DNA from: Batkoa obscura
Taxonomy: Eukaryota
Assembly: GCA_030770535.1 (NCBI GenBank)
Contig: JASVEC010000019.1
Location: 868,001-932,000 of the forward strand
Direction: 5' to 3'
Length of the DNA: 64,000 nt
Shown: positions 37,407 through 48,128 of the stretch, piece after piece
How the letters are laid out: each line of letters begins with the position of its first letter
Numbering within the stretch: the stretch's first letter is position 1
Made by a program: the position numbers and the translations under genes
Notes under the pieces: model-generated
Told to the model about the DNA's origin: nothing
Databases searched by the model: none
What the model saw: the letters and a program-made list of their open reading frames with translations, nothing else

Positions 37407-38714
37407 ATGTCTGATAAAGTAACCAAATCTCAATTCGAGATTGATGATATTGCATCCATCCATAGTATTGCAAAAGACGATCACAGAACCGGTTCCAGTT
37501 TTGGAGCTTATGTGAATATTGTTTGTGTCGTTGCTGGAACTGGTACACTCGGTCTTCCCTATGCTGTAAAGCAAGGTGGCTGGATCTCCCTTGTTTTCTT
37601 TGTGCTAACCGCTTTTATTGCAATCTATACAAGTAGACTTTTAATCGAATGTCTTTATTATAAACCAAACCAACGATTGGAAGAATTCCCAGATGTAGGC
37701 GAGGCCGCATTTGGAAAATTTGGAAGGTATTTTGTCAAAGTTTTTCACTATTCTATTAGTCTTTCAGCCGCTTGTATCTATATTTTGTTAACTGGTAAGA
37801 CTGTAAGCAGCTTGATAAGTGATTTTAATAATGGCAATGATATACTTGGGTTCAGGATATGGATCCTTATAGCTGGTGTTATAATTACTGTACCTTCTGC
37901 AGTTCTTAAAAGTTTAAAGGAAGTCGCCATTTTAGCTGCTTTTGGTGCTTTTTGTACATTAGTAGTTGTTTTCTGTGTTGCGATTGGTGGTGGTATTCAA
38001 TACAATAGCCCAGATCACCCACCTCCAGTTACTGAGGTTGCTATATGGCGAGGTATCCCACTTTCTCTTGCAACTATAGCTTTCTCGTATGGTGGTAACG
38101 TCGTCTATCCACATGTTGAAGGTAGTATGCGTCATCCAAAATCATGGAATAAAGTCATGATGTTTGCAGTTGGAAGCATTACTTTTATGTATCTTTTGAT
38201 AGGTATTACTGGATATTTATACTATGGTAGTGACGTGAAATCACCCATTTTAGACTCCCTTCCACAAGGTGCCGCATCAGTCATCGCTAAAGTACTCATC
38301 ACTTTACATGTTATCCTTGCAGCTCCTATTTACATTTGTTCCTTCTCTTTAGAACAGGAGAATTTGTTAAAAATAGATCGCAAGTATATCTCAGCTTCAA
38401 GAGAATTTGTTCTTCGTGTAATTTTGAGAACTATCATTGGAGCTATTTTGACTGTTATTGCTATGTTTGTACCCTATTTTTCTGCCCTTATGTCCTTGGT
38501 AGGCGCTATTTCAAATTGTTTAATTGTGTTTTTAGTCCCTGTTGCCTGTCATTACAAACTCTTTGGATGGAGAAATCGTCCTATTTGGGAATATATATTA
38601 ACTGTCGTTGTTATTATTGTTGGTCTCTTAGGACTTATCCTTGGTTCAATAGATTCAGTAATAACCCTTGTTGATCTTATTAAAGTTGGTGATGCTACTA
38701 GTGCTAAACATTAA
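37407..38714 (+). CDS. Amino acid transporter, Aa_trans/AAAP (AVT-like) family
   Basis: 'NIVCVVAGTGTLGLPYA..GGW', 'IAFSYGGNVVYP', about 11 TM helices; first ATG 37407. Confidence 0.92.
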   Translation: MSDKVTKSQFEIDDIASIHSIAKDDHRTGSSFGAYVNIVCVVAGTGTLGLPYAVKQGGWISLVFFVLTAFIAIYTSRLLIECLYYKPNQRLEEFPDVGEAAFGKFGRYFVKVFHYSISLSAACIYILLTGKTVSSLISDFNNGNDILGFRIWILIAGVIITVPSAVLKSLKEVAILAAFGAFCTLVVVFCVAIGGGIQYNSPDHPPPVTEVAIWRGIPLSLATIAFSYGGNVVYPHVEGSMRHPKSWNKVMMFAVGSITFMYLLIGITGYLYYGSDVKSPILDSLPQGAASVIAKVLITLHVILAAPIYICSFSLEQENLLKIDRKYISASREFVLRVILRTIIGAILTVIAMFVPYFSALMSLVGAISNCLIVFLVPVACHYKLFGWRNRPIWEYILTVVVIIVGLLGLILGSIDSVITLVDLIKVGDATSAKH

Positions 38715-39111
38715 TTTAAGTGCGCTATAAAAATTTTTCTATTAATAAAAATAAAAATAAAAATAAAAATTAAAGATATTTAAAAGTTTTAATTATTAAT
38801 TCAAAATAAATGAAATCTACCCAGAATTTTAAACATACTATCAATTAATATTTACGAATGGTATATAAAGAATACTTGGTATCACTAATTATAACATTAT
38901 AAAAATATTTATAGTTGTTTAGCTCTATTATCATCTGTTATATTCTATATTATATCAAATACAAACTTTATTTAATTGATTTTCAGCAATAAGATAAATA
39001 ATTTGCAACAGACTATTGAAACAATTTTATAAACTTTTTGTAACACTTTTTTACTTTTTATTCAATAAAACATGAGATTAAAAAAGTAACAGTCTCCTAT
39101 CACAATTATAC

Positions 39112-39207
39112 AGGAGTGTTTTTTTTGACTTCATTATTTTCATTTTTTTAAGCGCTATTTAAGCGGAAAATTTGTTAGCAAATTCTTAAACACAAAAATA
39201 CATCTCC
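39112..39207 (-). mobile_element. MITE family A copy
   Basis: AGGAGTGT...ACATCTCC; flanks ATAC/ATAT. Confidence 0.85.
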
Positions 39208-39611
39208 ATATCAAGAAAAATATTTAAATATTTTCCTTGGTATAGTCGTAATAGGTTGAAGGTATTATATATACCAAGTTTTATATTGACAAAACTATTC
39301 ATTTATAATATGGGGTTGTCTAAATTAGTTTCATTATTTTATCCAATTTTTTAAAAATTTTGTATTTTAAAAACTTCGTTAAAATTCTATAAAAACAAAT
39401 TTTTTATTAAAACAAAAGTACCCAGATACAGTTCTAAATCATTCTATTATAGTTTATACTGTAAGTTAGTTGAATTTCTACTAGATCTTAAATACATATT
39501 CTTATAAAACTTTATTGAGAAATATTTATTATTGACCACTTTATAGCCAATATTACAGATTTGTTTGATAACAAATAAACTATTTTAATGTTATAATTAC
39601 ATTATTAATAT

Positions 39612-39709
39612 GAGGATGTTTTTTTGTTTTCATTACTTTTTCCATTTTCTAAGCCCTATTTGAGCGGAAAAATTGTTAGCAAAATCCTTAAACACAAAAA
39701 TACATCCCT
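39612..39709 (-). mobile_element. MITE family A copy
   Basis: GAGGATGT...ACATCCCT with ATAT duplicated. Confidence 0.9.
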
Positions 39710-39854
39710 ATATATTATTAGGTTAATGAATAGCTGTATGGGAGGGAGTGGTTAGCCCCAAAACTACAATTAACCATCTCTATATGGTACAAGTAATAAT
39801 GGTATTTATATATTATTACAATTACTTGTTCTTTGACTATTTATTAACTTAACT

Positions 39855-40610
39855 ATTAATAACTTAAGTAATCAACATTTAATAATCTATTTCTATCATT
39901 CAACAAACTTACTTACTTGCTTAATAAACATCAAAAATTTTAATTCTCTGTTATCTTCGTAAGATAAGCTGGGATTAATCTTTTAATTTTTGTATTTTCT
40001 ATAGACTCTATAACTTTAATTGGAACTATATCGCTTTTTTTTGATGTATCAGATACTGGATAACAATGTAATTTATTGTTATGTTTAATAAAATGCAAAT
40101 ACTTATTAATGCCTTGTATCTTTATTATTCTTTTTGTATTTTTGTTTCTTTTATACTTTTTCTGTGATGCTTAGCAAAAAAACCAAGACCAGTATTTAGA
40201 CTGTTATTTATTTATTAATTTTTTTAAATACATAACGCAGAAACTCTTGAGATTAAAAATGATTTTCTGTATCTCCCCATATATTAATTTTTGTAAACTT
40301 AAATAAAAGCTCTGTAGAGATTAAATCAATCAAACAATTTCCTGTATATGGGGATATTTTTTTGATTTCATTATTTTTCCATTTTTTAAGCGCTATTTGA
40401 GTGAAAAGATTGTTAGTAAAATTCTTAAACACAAAAATATATCCCTATATGCTGAATCATGATTTAATATTTCAGATAAATAATCAAAGTAAACTTTTTT
40501 TATTGTTTTATCATCTTTCAAATATAAAACACCAAAGCCTAATACTGATATAGCTTGTTTATTATAATGATCTAAATTTATTGAATCTGGTCTTATTCTT
40601 ATTTCCATAT
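39855..40610 (-). pseudogene. Decayed Sola2-like DDD transposase interrupted by MITEs
   Basis: After removing MITE 40350-40446 plus one ATAT: 'HYNKQAISVLGFGV..YFDYLSEILNHDSAYTGNCL..INIWGDTENHF*SQEF', then (frameshifted) 'FFAKHHRKSI' and 'KIQGINKYLHF'. Confidence 0.7.
40350..40446 (-). mobile_element. MITE family A copy inside the transposase relic
   Basis: GGGGATAT...ATATCCCT with ATAT duplicated. Confidence 0.92.
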
Positions 40611-40700
40611 GGGGGATGTTTTTTGGCTTTATCACCTTTTCTACCTTTTGAGTGCTATTTGAGTGGAAAAGTTATTAGTAAAATTCTTAAACACAAATAT
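40611..40700 (-). mobile_element. MITE family A copy, one end lost; abuts the 5' break of the transposase relic
   Basis: GGGGGATGTT...TTCTTAAACACAAATAT; terminal CATCCCC absent. Confidence 0.8.
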
Positions 40701-40875
40701 ATATATAAAAACGGGATAATAATTTAGAAAATTATATTTTTAAGAAAGAAAGATGAAATCAGACCTTGAACTTTACTCTATACTATACAAAATAGAGGCT
40801 ATAAGTGAGATATAACTACGATACATAAAGAAGAAGAAAAGCGATTATTGTTGTTATTAAAATCTGATAAACAAA

Positions 40876-41262
40876 ATGAAGTTTACTCTTATTCTTTTAC
40901 TTATTACCGTTGTTCCTACCCTTGGGCTTCGTAGATCCATTGTGAAATACCATAGTCAGTATAAAGTTAAATTTATATCCAACTATAGGTCTGTTAAGTA
41001 CAAGGATGGGAGGGCAAAGCCTAATTGGACGAGGTGTGTAACAAAGAATTCAAGAATCAAAGTGTTAAAGAATCCACTAAAGAATTAGCGGAATAGTTTG
41101 AGGAACTATGGTGGAGGCTGTCGTGAAAGAGTTATGTCTTGTGATAATTATATTAGGGAGTTTTACACTTACGCTCAAGAAAATTATGTCCTTTGTCTAT
41201 GTGAGTCAGGAACTCGTTGTCAAAGACAGGTTCAAGGCAATGTCTTTTGTGAGTACACTTAG
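40876..41262 (+). pseudogene. Small secreted basic Cys-rich protein gene with one in-frame TAG (41086-41088)
   Basis: Signal peptide MKFTLILLLITVVPTLG. The same frame continues past the TAG as RNSLRNYGGGCRERVMSCDNYIREFYTYAQENYVLCLCESGTRCQRQVQGNVFCEYT*. Confidence 0.65.
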
Positions 41263-41844
41263 CCTTTAGCGATCTCTATTAAATATGAATACTCTATATA
41301 TTTTTATTATTTATTTATTTTTGTATGTTTGAATGTTCAATTATTATGGTATCACTTGTTTGATATTAGGAAAACCTTTAGTATTGTATTATACTATAGC
41401 TTAAATAAAAGTAAAATTATTTGTAAAAAATTATTGTTTTTAAAAAGTGAATTGGTTTACGATGAATGTTTAAAACCTTAATATATATTTTATATAAGAT
41501 ATTAGATTGTAAGTATTCAATGATAACGTTATAGATTGTAATTAAAACGAATAGCGTTAGTTATTGAGCTAAATATCAGGATTTATATTTATTTTTCTAA
41601 CAAATATTATTTATCTGGGATAATTTATTGTAAGCAAAAGTAAAACAACTACTGATTATGCAAATTAAGCAATATGAGAGATAGACTTAGTTTACTAGCT
41701 AGTAGAATTTATAGCTACATTCAGTTCAGTTTTTAAATTCTCATAAAAAAAATACAGTTTTTAATTTCTTGAACCTTGAACCTACAAAAACGGACTTTAA
41801 CTATAGCTTTATACAACTATCTTCTATATCGTTTGTAATTTGAG

Positions 41845-42730
41845 ATGTCAATTAAGTCTAATCAATCTTTAGATATTTTATTGGGAGAAGTACCCTAATA
41901 TATAGATCTACTTGGGTTAACGAAGTTGTATTTTTTAAGTAAATATTTATTTGAGATAGTAAATAGGGTTATCAAATGGAACTTAGCTTATTCACACTAC
42001 AGTGAACCTAGGTTCAGTAAATATCAAACAAAGTTTATCAAACAAAATGAGACTTTGATGAAGCATTTATGTATACATGAAAACAAAATTCAATTGACAA
42101 ATTATTGTTCAAATGTTATATCTATAAATTATAGTAGTTATAATTATATAATTATAAGAATGATAACAATATTAATTTGCTAAACAAAGAAAATAGTCAT
42201 CAATTCTATAAATTATAGACAGTCACTAATAATTTAGAGATTATCTAAATTAACTTGAATTATTTGAATTTAAGACTAGTCGCATAAATATTGAAGAAGT
42301 TATTCAATATCTAAGTCCAAATAGATTAAAGTTACTCAAATTGGTTTTCAATTCTTCCTTTTATATTAATGGAATAGATGTTATTAAAAGCCAGTTTAAA
42401 AAGTTAAAAATATTACGTTTAACTTCATAAAGATAAGTCAGATTAATAAATATAAGATCAATTCATATCAATGCAATTATGTGTAGAATACTATCATCAG
42501 ATACTTCGATAATACAACTAATACTTTTTTATGTTTTTTACATTTATTCCTAAACTTTGAAGCTTTTAAATGTAGTCTGCTTTACTCTTGAGCCTGACAC
42601 AGGTGAGTAAATCGAGCATCAACTTGATACTTCTTTACTATTTATTCTATCTATTATATCTAATGTGTATACTGAGGCAATTATTAGTAGTTTGCTAAAA
42701 AAAAAGCCTCAATATTAAACTTAATACAAA
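41845..42730 (+). pseudogene. F-box/LRR-like pseudogene with internal deletion (3' end approximate)
   Basis: 'MSIKSNQSLDILLGEVP*YIDLLGLTKLYFLSKYLFEIVNRVI'; the 3' part 'EPDTGE*IEHQLDTSLLFI' matches 'HSDTSIQIEYQLRPSLLLI' of the 17530 copy. Confidence 0.7.
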
Positions 42731-43137
42731 TTGAAAGGTATTGATTATTGATTTATTATACTTTTCAATATACTGTAGTTGTGAATGATCAATATGTTTC
42801 ATGAAATTCCAACTATAGCATATTTTATTCTACTCATCACTGCTTTAATTCTTATTTCAAATAAAGTTTACTGCCACTTTCACTAATTTTATTAAATAAT
42901 CCTAATCTATTTTCCGGCTTTCGTTTGCTTAAATATTTTAATTTAATTTTAGAAATGCATTATGCAAAGTTAAATCTTAAAAGTTTAAAGGAGTTTATTG
43001 TACTTTTGTTTTTTATTCAAAATAATTAATAAATTATACTAGTTTTTAAATACTTTTTGTATCGTACCCAAAATTAATTAAAATTGAACTTTTACAGTTT
43101 TATAGCTAACGTATACTTAAATATAAGCTAATTCCAA

Positions 43138-44925
43138 ATGGAGAAAGGAGGTAGCTGTAAATGGAACAAAGAATCGTATCGAAATAAAGCAATAAGTAGA
43201 ATTAAAAGCATTGAAACCGAATTCAATAGGATCTTAAAAAGCTTAAAAATAGAAGGGCTAACTGGAGTAGCATCTGACCTAGGTATATCAATCCAAAAGT
43301 ATTTACAATGGGCGAACCGATGCATTGATATGCAAAGAGAATTGACCCATATAAAACACAAGCCCAGAGGAACGCAGTTAGAAAAAAATAACATCCAAAG
43401 TAAACATTTTCAGTTTCAATCATATTTTACAAAAGGATTCGAATATTATACTAAACAGCTAACTTTGATTCAAATGAAATTGTACTTCCAAACCGATTAC
43501 AGCCCTGAAGTTGAATTAAAGATAATACCAAACCAAATAAATGGTATTAATCCTTTAAAATTGTTTGATTGCTTCACCGCCATTTATTGCCAATACCTAG
43601 ACTCAGACGCTCTCTGGTTTTCAGCAGATCAAATCAATTCCATCTTTAGACAAAAAGAAAGCACTTTGCTAAAGGCCATGTTAGTACAATCCATATGTCA
43701 ACTGATTGAACTACCACAAGAATTGAAGTCAGTTTTACTTAACTTCAATAGTGGTATCGAAAGTAAAATCATTCAAAGTTATGCTAACCCAAGCCTACAA
43801 AATGTAGCTGCATTGGCTTTGATCACTGGAGAATATTTATTCAAAGGAGATTTTGGGACAGCTAGATTGTATCTAGGACAAGCTGTACGTATGTCAGAGT
43901 TATTAGGGGTTATACCAATAGATAAGATAGAACAAACATCTTCATTTAAGTGTGACTTTACAGAAACTTATTGGAAACAAACATTATGGGAAATTTTGCT
44001 ACTTTTACAAATATCTTTGTATAATGTCACAGAGTGTCCTTTAATGTTTAAAAACATCAAAATCTTGCCTTTGACTCATATTAAGAATAAAACATTATGT
44101 CTGCCAACAATTGCTAGGTTAGCAAAAGATAAAATTACTAAAATAGAACCAGGTAATTTGTTAAAAGGAGTTGATACTCATAATTTTAATTTTAAAACTC
44201 CCATTATCTATGAAGATGTTTATTATCACTCTAAAGCATTATCTAACTACCTAGAACTTTCACAATCCTATATCAATGGTAGATCTATTTTAAAAAATAG
44301 CTCCAACATATATCCAATCAATAGGTTTTATTTTGACATCACTAATATTATTAACATGATTCAGGAATTAGACAGTGAAATACAAACCACTCCACAAAAT
44401 TATAAAAGTTACCGCTTTCTGTCTTTTTCGCAAATTACAGAACTTCATTCTTATGGTCGTTTACAATCCGATAATTCCGGATCTTTAGGCTCCTTTGGAT
44501 ATCTAATGTTATTAATTAGTAAACTCTTTATAGTAGACCCCATCTCTTTTATTAGTTCGTGTCCTCATGTTTTGCCTTATGATTGGTTATGGCCAGTTGG
44601 ACTAGAAGCAGCAAATGATTTATGGGAATTGTTTTACACTTTATTTGATAGAGAGATATGCGAGAATGAATATCCGTGGGTAATAGCAAGTAACGCTAGG
44701 GATTTACTACCGGTAATTACGTTTTATTTGAATGCCCTGGAGCAATATGCTTTTGACGAGAAAGTGAGTACTGATATAGTAAACAAAATCCAGTTATGCA
44801 TTTTATGGTTAGAAAAGGACAGTGTACAATTGGCCAGGTTTGATGATAGTAAAATTGCTTGTGATCATTTGAATAAGCGCCTTAAATCATTTAAAATAGC
44901 TTACAAGTATCGGTTTACTTTTTAA
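43138..44925 (+). CDS. MHR-like family member 3
   Basis: 595-aa intronless ORF; 'SYANPSLQNVAALALITGEYL..ARLYLGQAVRMSELLGV'. Confidence 0.8.
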   Translation: MEKGGSCKWNKESYRNKAISRIKSIETEFNRILKSLKIEGLTGVASDLGISIQKYLQWANRCIDMQRELTHIKHKPRGTQLEKNNIQSKHFQFQSYFTKGFEYYTKQLTLIQMKLYFQTDYSPEVELKIIPNQINGINPLKLFDCFTAIYCQYLDSDALWFSADQINSIFRQKESTLLKAMLVQSICQLIELPQELKSVLLNFNSGIESKIIQSYANPSLQNVAALALITGEYLFKGDFGTARLYLGQAVRMSELLGVIPIDKIEQTSSFKCDFTETYWKQTLWEILLLLQISLYNVTECPLMFKNIKILPLTHIKNKTLCLPTIARLAKDKITKIEPGNLLKGVDTHNFNFKTPIIYEDVYYHSKALSNYLELSQSYINGRSILKNSSNIYPINRFYFDITNIINMIQELDSEIQTTPQNYKSYRFLSFSQITELHSYGRLQSDNSGSLGSFGYLMLLISKLFIVDPISFISSCPHVLPYDWLWPVGLEAANDLWELFYTLFDREICENEYPWVIASNARDLLPVITFYLNALEQYAFDEKVSTDIVNKIQLCILWLEKDSVQLARFDDSKIACDHLNKRLKSFKIAYKYRFTF

Positions 44926-45198
44926 AAGTAAAGAACTGGTTGAGAGGTTTGTCAAGCCGTTCATTTTATTATTATTTATTATTAAAATTAGTCATTATAT
45001 CTTATGTATTATACTTATTTTTTTAACTTTTAATTTTTTACTATTGGAATAAAATGATTAGTAGTTAGTTAAATTTCAAATTTCCCATAATAACCTAAGT
45101 AATCCATTTTCATAATCAATTACTAAAGAATGCTAATAGCTAAAAACAATTCAAAGTTTAAAATTTTAAGTCATCCAACATATATCATACCATAAAAG

Positions 45199-46947
45199 AT
45201 GTATAAAACAGTAACCAAACTTAATAAAGGTTACCGCCCATCGTTTAATCTTAACTCAATTAAAGTACAAAAGGTAAATTTGTTCTTTTAACTTACCTTA
45301 ACTAATCAAACTAACCATTTTCTTTTTCAATTATTATCTTTATATAGCGTTTCGAAACCCAATCAGCCACCCATGGCTTAAACTTAGAAAAAAAAAATGG
45401 ATCTATGTTTTTAAAATCATTAGGTTTCATCACTTTAGTATCTGCAGGCTATGGTGGTACTGTTTATTATGCTAATCATAATCAAGAGTTTCAAAAACAA
45501 TACTTGGAATATGCTCCATATGGTCAAGAGAGTTTAACTTTAATGAAACAATTGGAAGATAAAGTAAAAAGTGATGATTTTCAACCTTTAAAAACAGTTA
45601 GTGAAAATGTTAATAAAATTGTTGAATCAGTTAAATCTAGTGTTAATGGGTTAATGAATAATAGTGACACTGTTACTACTCCAACTCACACTATTAGTAA
45701 CGTACCAGTAACTAAAGATAAAGAACCTCAAGTCAAAGTATTAGTTAAAGAAAAGTTACCTGAGATTAAGCATTCTAAACCTACCATGGATGAAAAAAGT
45801 TTACGTCAATTACAACAACTTGCAAGTCAATTAACCAAATTAACTTATGAGGATCAAGTAATGAAAGAGTTAGTAGAATCCATTGATAACTATATTTCAA
45901 CTAATGGAGACAAAAAAGTAACAGTCGAAGAAAGCGTCTTAGCTTATTCTAAAGTATTATATTCATTAAAAAATTTAACCCCTTATTTAGATGAAAGTAT
46001 TAAAAATCGTAGCACTTTGAATAAAGATTTAGAAAGAAGTAATGTAATTGTTGAAGATATGTTAACTCAACAAAAGAAAGAACTGGAAGAAAAATATGAG
46101 TTGGAAATGAAAGATAAACATCAACTTTATGAAAGTGAAAGAGAAAAATTAATGGATAGGTTTAAAGCTCAGCTTGATGAAAAACTCCAAGAACAAGGCA
46201 AAACACTCGAACGTTTTTGGCGTAGAGAAAGTAAATTGTTAGTTGATTCCGAAAGGAATGGAAGGTTAAGTAAATTAGATCAGGTCATTCAACAAGTTAT
46301 GTTATTAGAAGATGGATTTATTAATAGTAAACAAAACGCCTCCAATCAAATCAATTATCAAAAATTGAGTTGTGCTATTGATGCTTTAGAAACTGCCATT
46401 AAAGAGAAAAATAATTCTCCATTTATTGAAGAATTAAGATATATTCAATCCATTTCTCAATGTACACCTTTAGTTGCTGAAGTAATCAATTCCTTGGATG
46501 AGTTAGTAGCTATGAGAGGTTTACTAAACTTCAATTCCTTAAAACAACGTTTTGAAAAAGTTAGTGAAGAAGTTTCCTCCTCTGCCTTAGTTAAAGAAAA
46601 CGCAGGGTTTTTTGGACATTTAAGCTCATATATTTTAACTACTTTTTTGTTTAATAAACAAGGCCTTGTGGAAGGTAATGATGTTGAGGCTGTAATTGCA
46701 AGATGTCAATATTATTTAAATCAAAATGATTTGGATTTAGCAGCTAGAGAATTAAATCAATTAAAGGGATGGCCAAAGAAATTAGCTGAAGATTGGATTT
46801 TAGAAGCCAAAAATCGATTAGAATTTGAACAAGCTGTTGAAGTAAGTTTATATTTAGTTATTGTTTTATATGTTACTGAGCGCTAATGTTATTTATTATT
46901 AGGTATTAAAAACGGAATTAAGATCTATTCATCTTTCAGTTTTATAA
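45199..46947 (+). CDS. MIC60: MICOS subunit Mic60/mitofilin; exons 45199-45273, 45348-46841, 46903-46947
   Basis: Basic presequence, TM segment 'GYGGTVYYA', long coiled coil, mitofilin domain 'GNDVEAVIAR..YYL..DLDLAARELNQLKGWPKKLAEDWI'. Confidence 0.92.
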
Positions 46948-48128
46948 TTTTTATAAAATTTACCAATTTTCTTTTAATTAAAAAGTTAAATTACTTTTGA
47001 ATTTATCATTGATTACTTTTCAAAGTTAACTAATTTTTAGTGTAGTAAATAATAATACGATATAATCTAGACTAATGTATAAATATGGTAAACTCAAAAA
47101 TTTACCAATTAAAAAGTCAATATTGTTTTACTTATATATATAATATATTATTTGATTTCGAAAGCTTACAAACCCCAGTAATGCCAGAGATAGTAAATAT
47201 TGTATAGATTTCTATGAGATAAGCTCAAAACTCTAAAACCAAAATGTTAATATTGTTATACTTTTACAAATTATATATTCTTTAATCATAATGCTTGTAA
47301 ATCCTAATAATGCCAAGGATGTTATGATGTTAGTTAAACTACTATATAAAGTAAGTTCAAAAGTTGCTTTTTACTAATATAATTGGTACATTTATGTATT
47401 AATTTTATTATATATTATAATTAACTAATCCCCAACGCTTATAAACACCCCAATAAAATTAAATAAAACATACGATAAAATTTAGCTTACTATAAAGAGT
47501 AATATCATTTATTGAGTTTTTAAAAGTAGTAATAATATAACAATTTTAAACTATTAAAACTATTAAATTCTTTAGTCCCAAGGAAAATTAAACCGAAGTT
47601 AAGACTAAGGTCTATTAGTGGCACATAAAGATAAATTGAATTGTTAGCATGCGGAAAATCCAAAGTGAAGTTAATTGTTAATTGCGGGAAATAAATCGGA
47701 AGAAGGTGGAAACGGAGAGCTTTAAAAGTAAGTCGACTTTAATCAGTATAACTTTAAAAAAAATCAAAGTGATTTACAGTGTTATATTATCTTTTTATCT
47801 TCTATTCATCAATTCCCAATTTTTTCCCATACAATCAAGAAAATTTAATTCTCTTCTCTTTTTTTTAACAATTTTTTAAACATCACTAACATCTAAACTC
47901 CTTGAGGGTTCGCAATCAATTTCTATATAAAACTAATTACTAAATATGGAATAGTTTCTAACTCCCCGAAAATTTCAAACTCTTAAAAAAATTAATTGTA
48001 TCCTTGTCTTTTTTTATTGGCAATGAAAATAATAATAGAAGCATAAAAATGAATAATAATATATAAGAAAGAAAGTAATAAAAAATATAATAAAACAAGA
48101 ATTTGATAATTAGAATTATTAGTTAAAG

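Noticed and set aside
40393..40635. 80-aa ORF as a real gene
   Set aside because: Its start and stop come from two MITEs; only the middle is transposase relic.
19302..41262. TAA/TAG reassigned to Gln as the explanation for in-frame stops
   Set aside because: Conserved genes here (VPS45, MIC60, the permease, the Zn2Cys6 pair) end in TAA/TAG and have none internally; most affected loci also have frameshifts.
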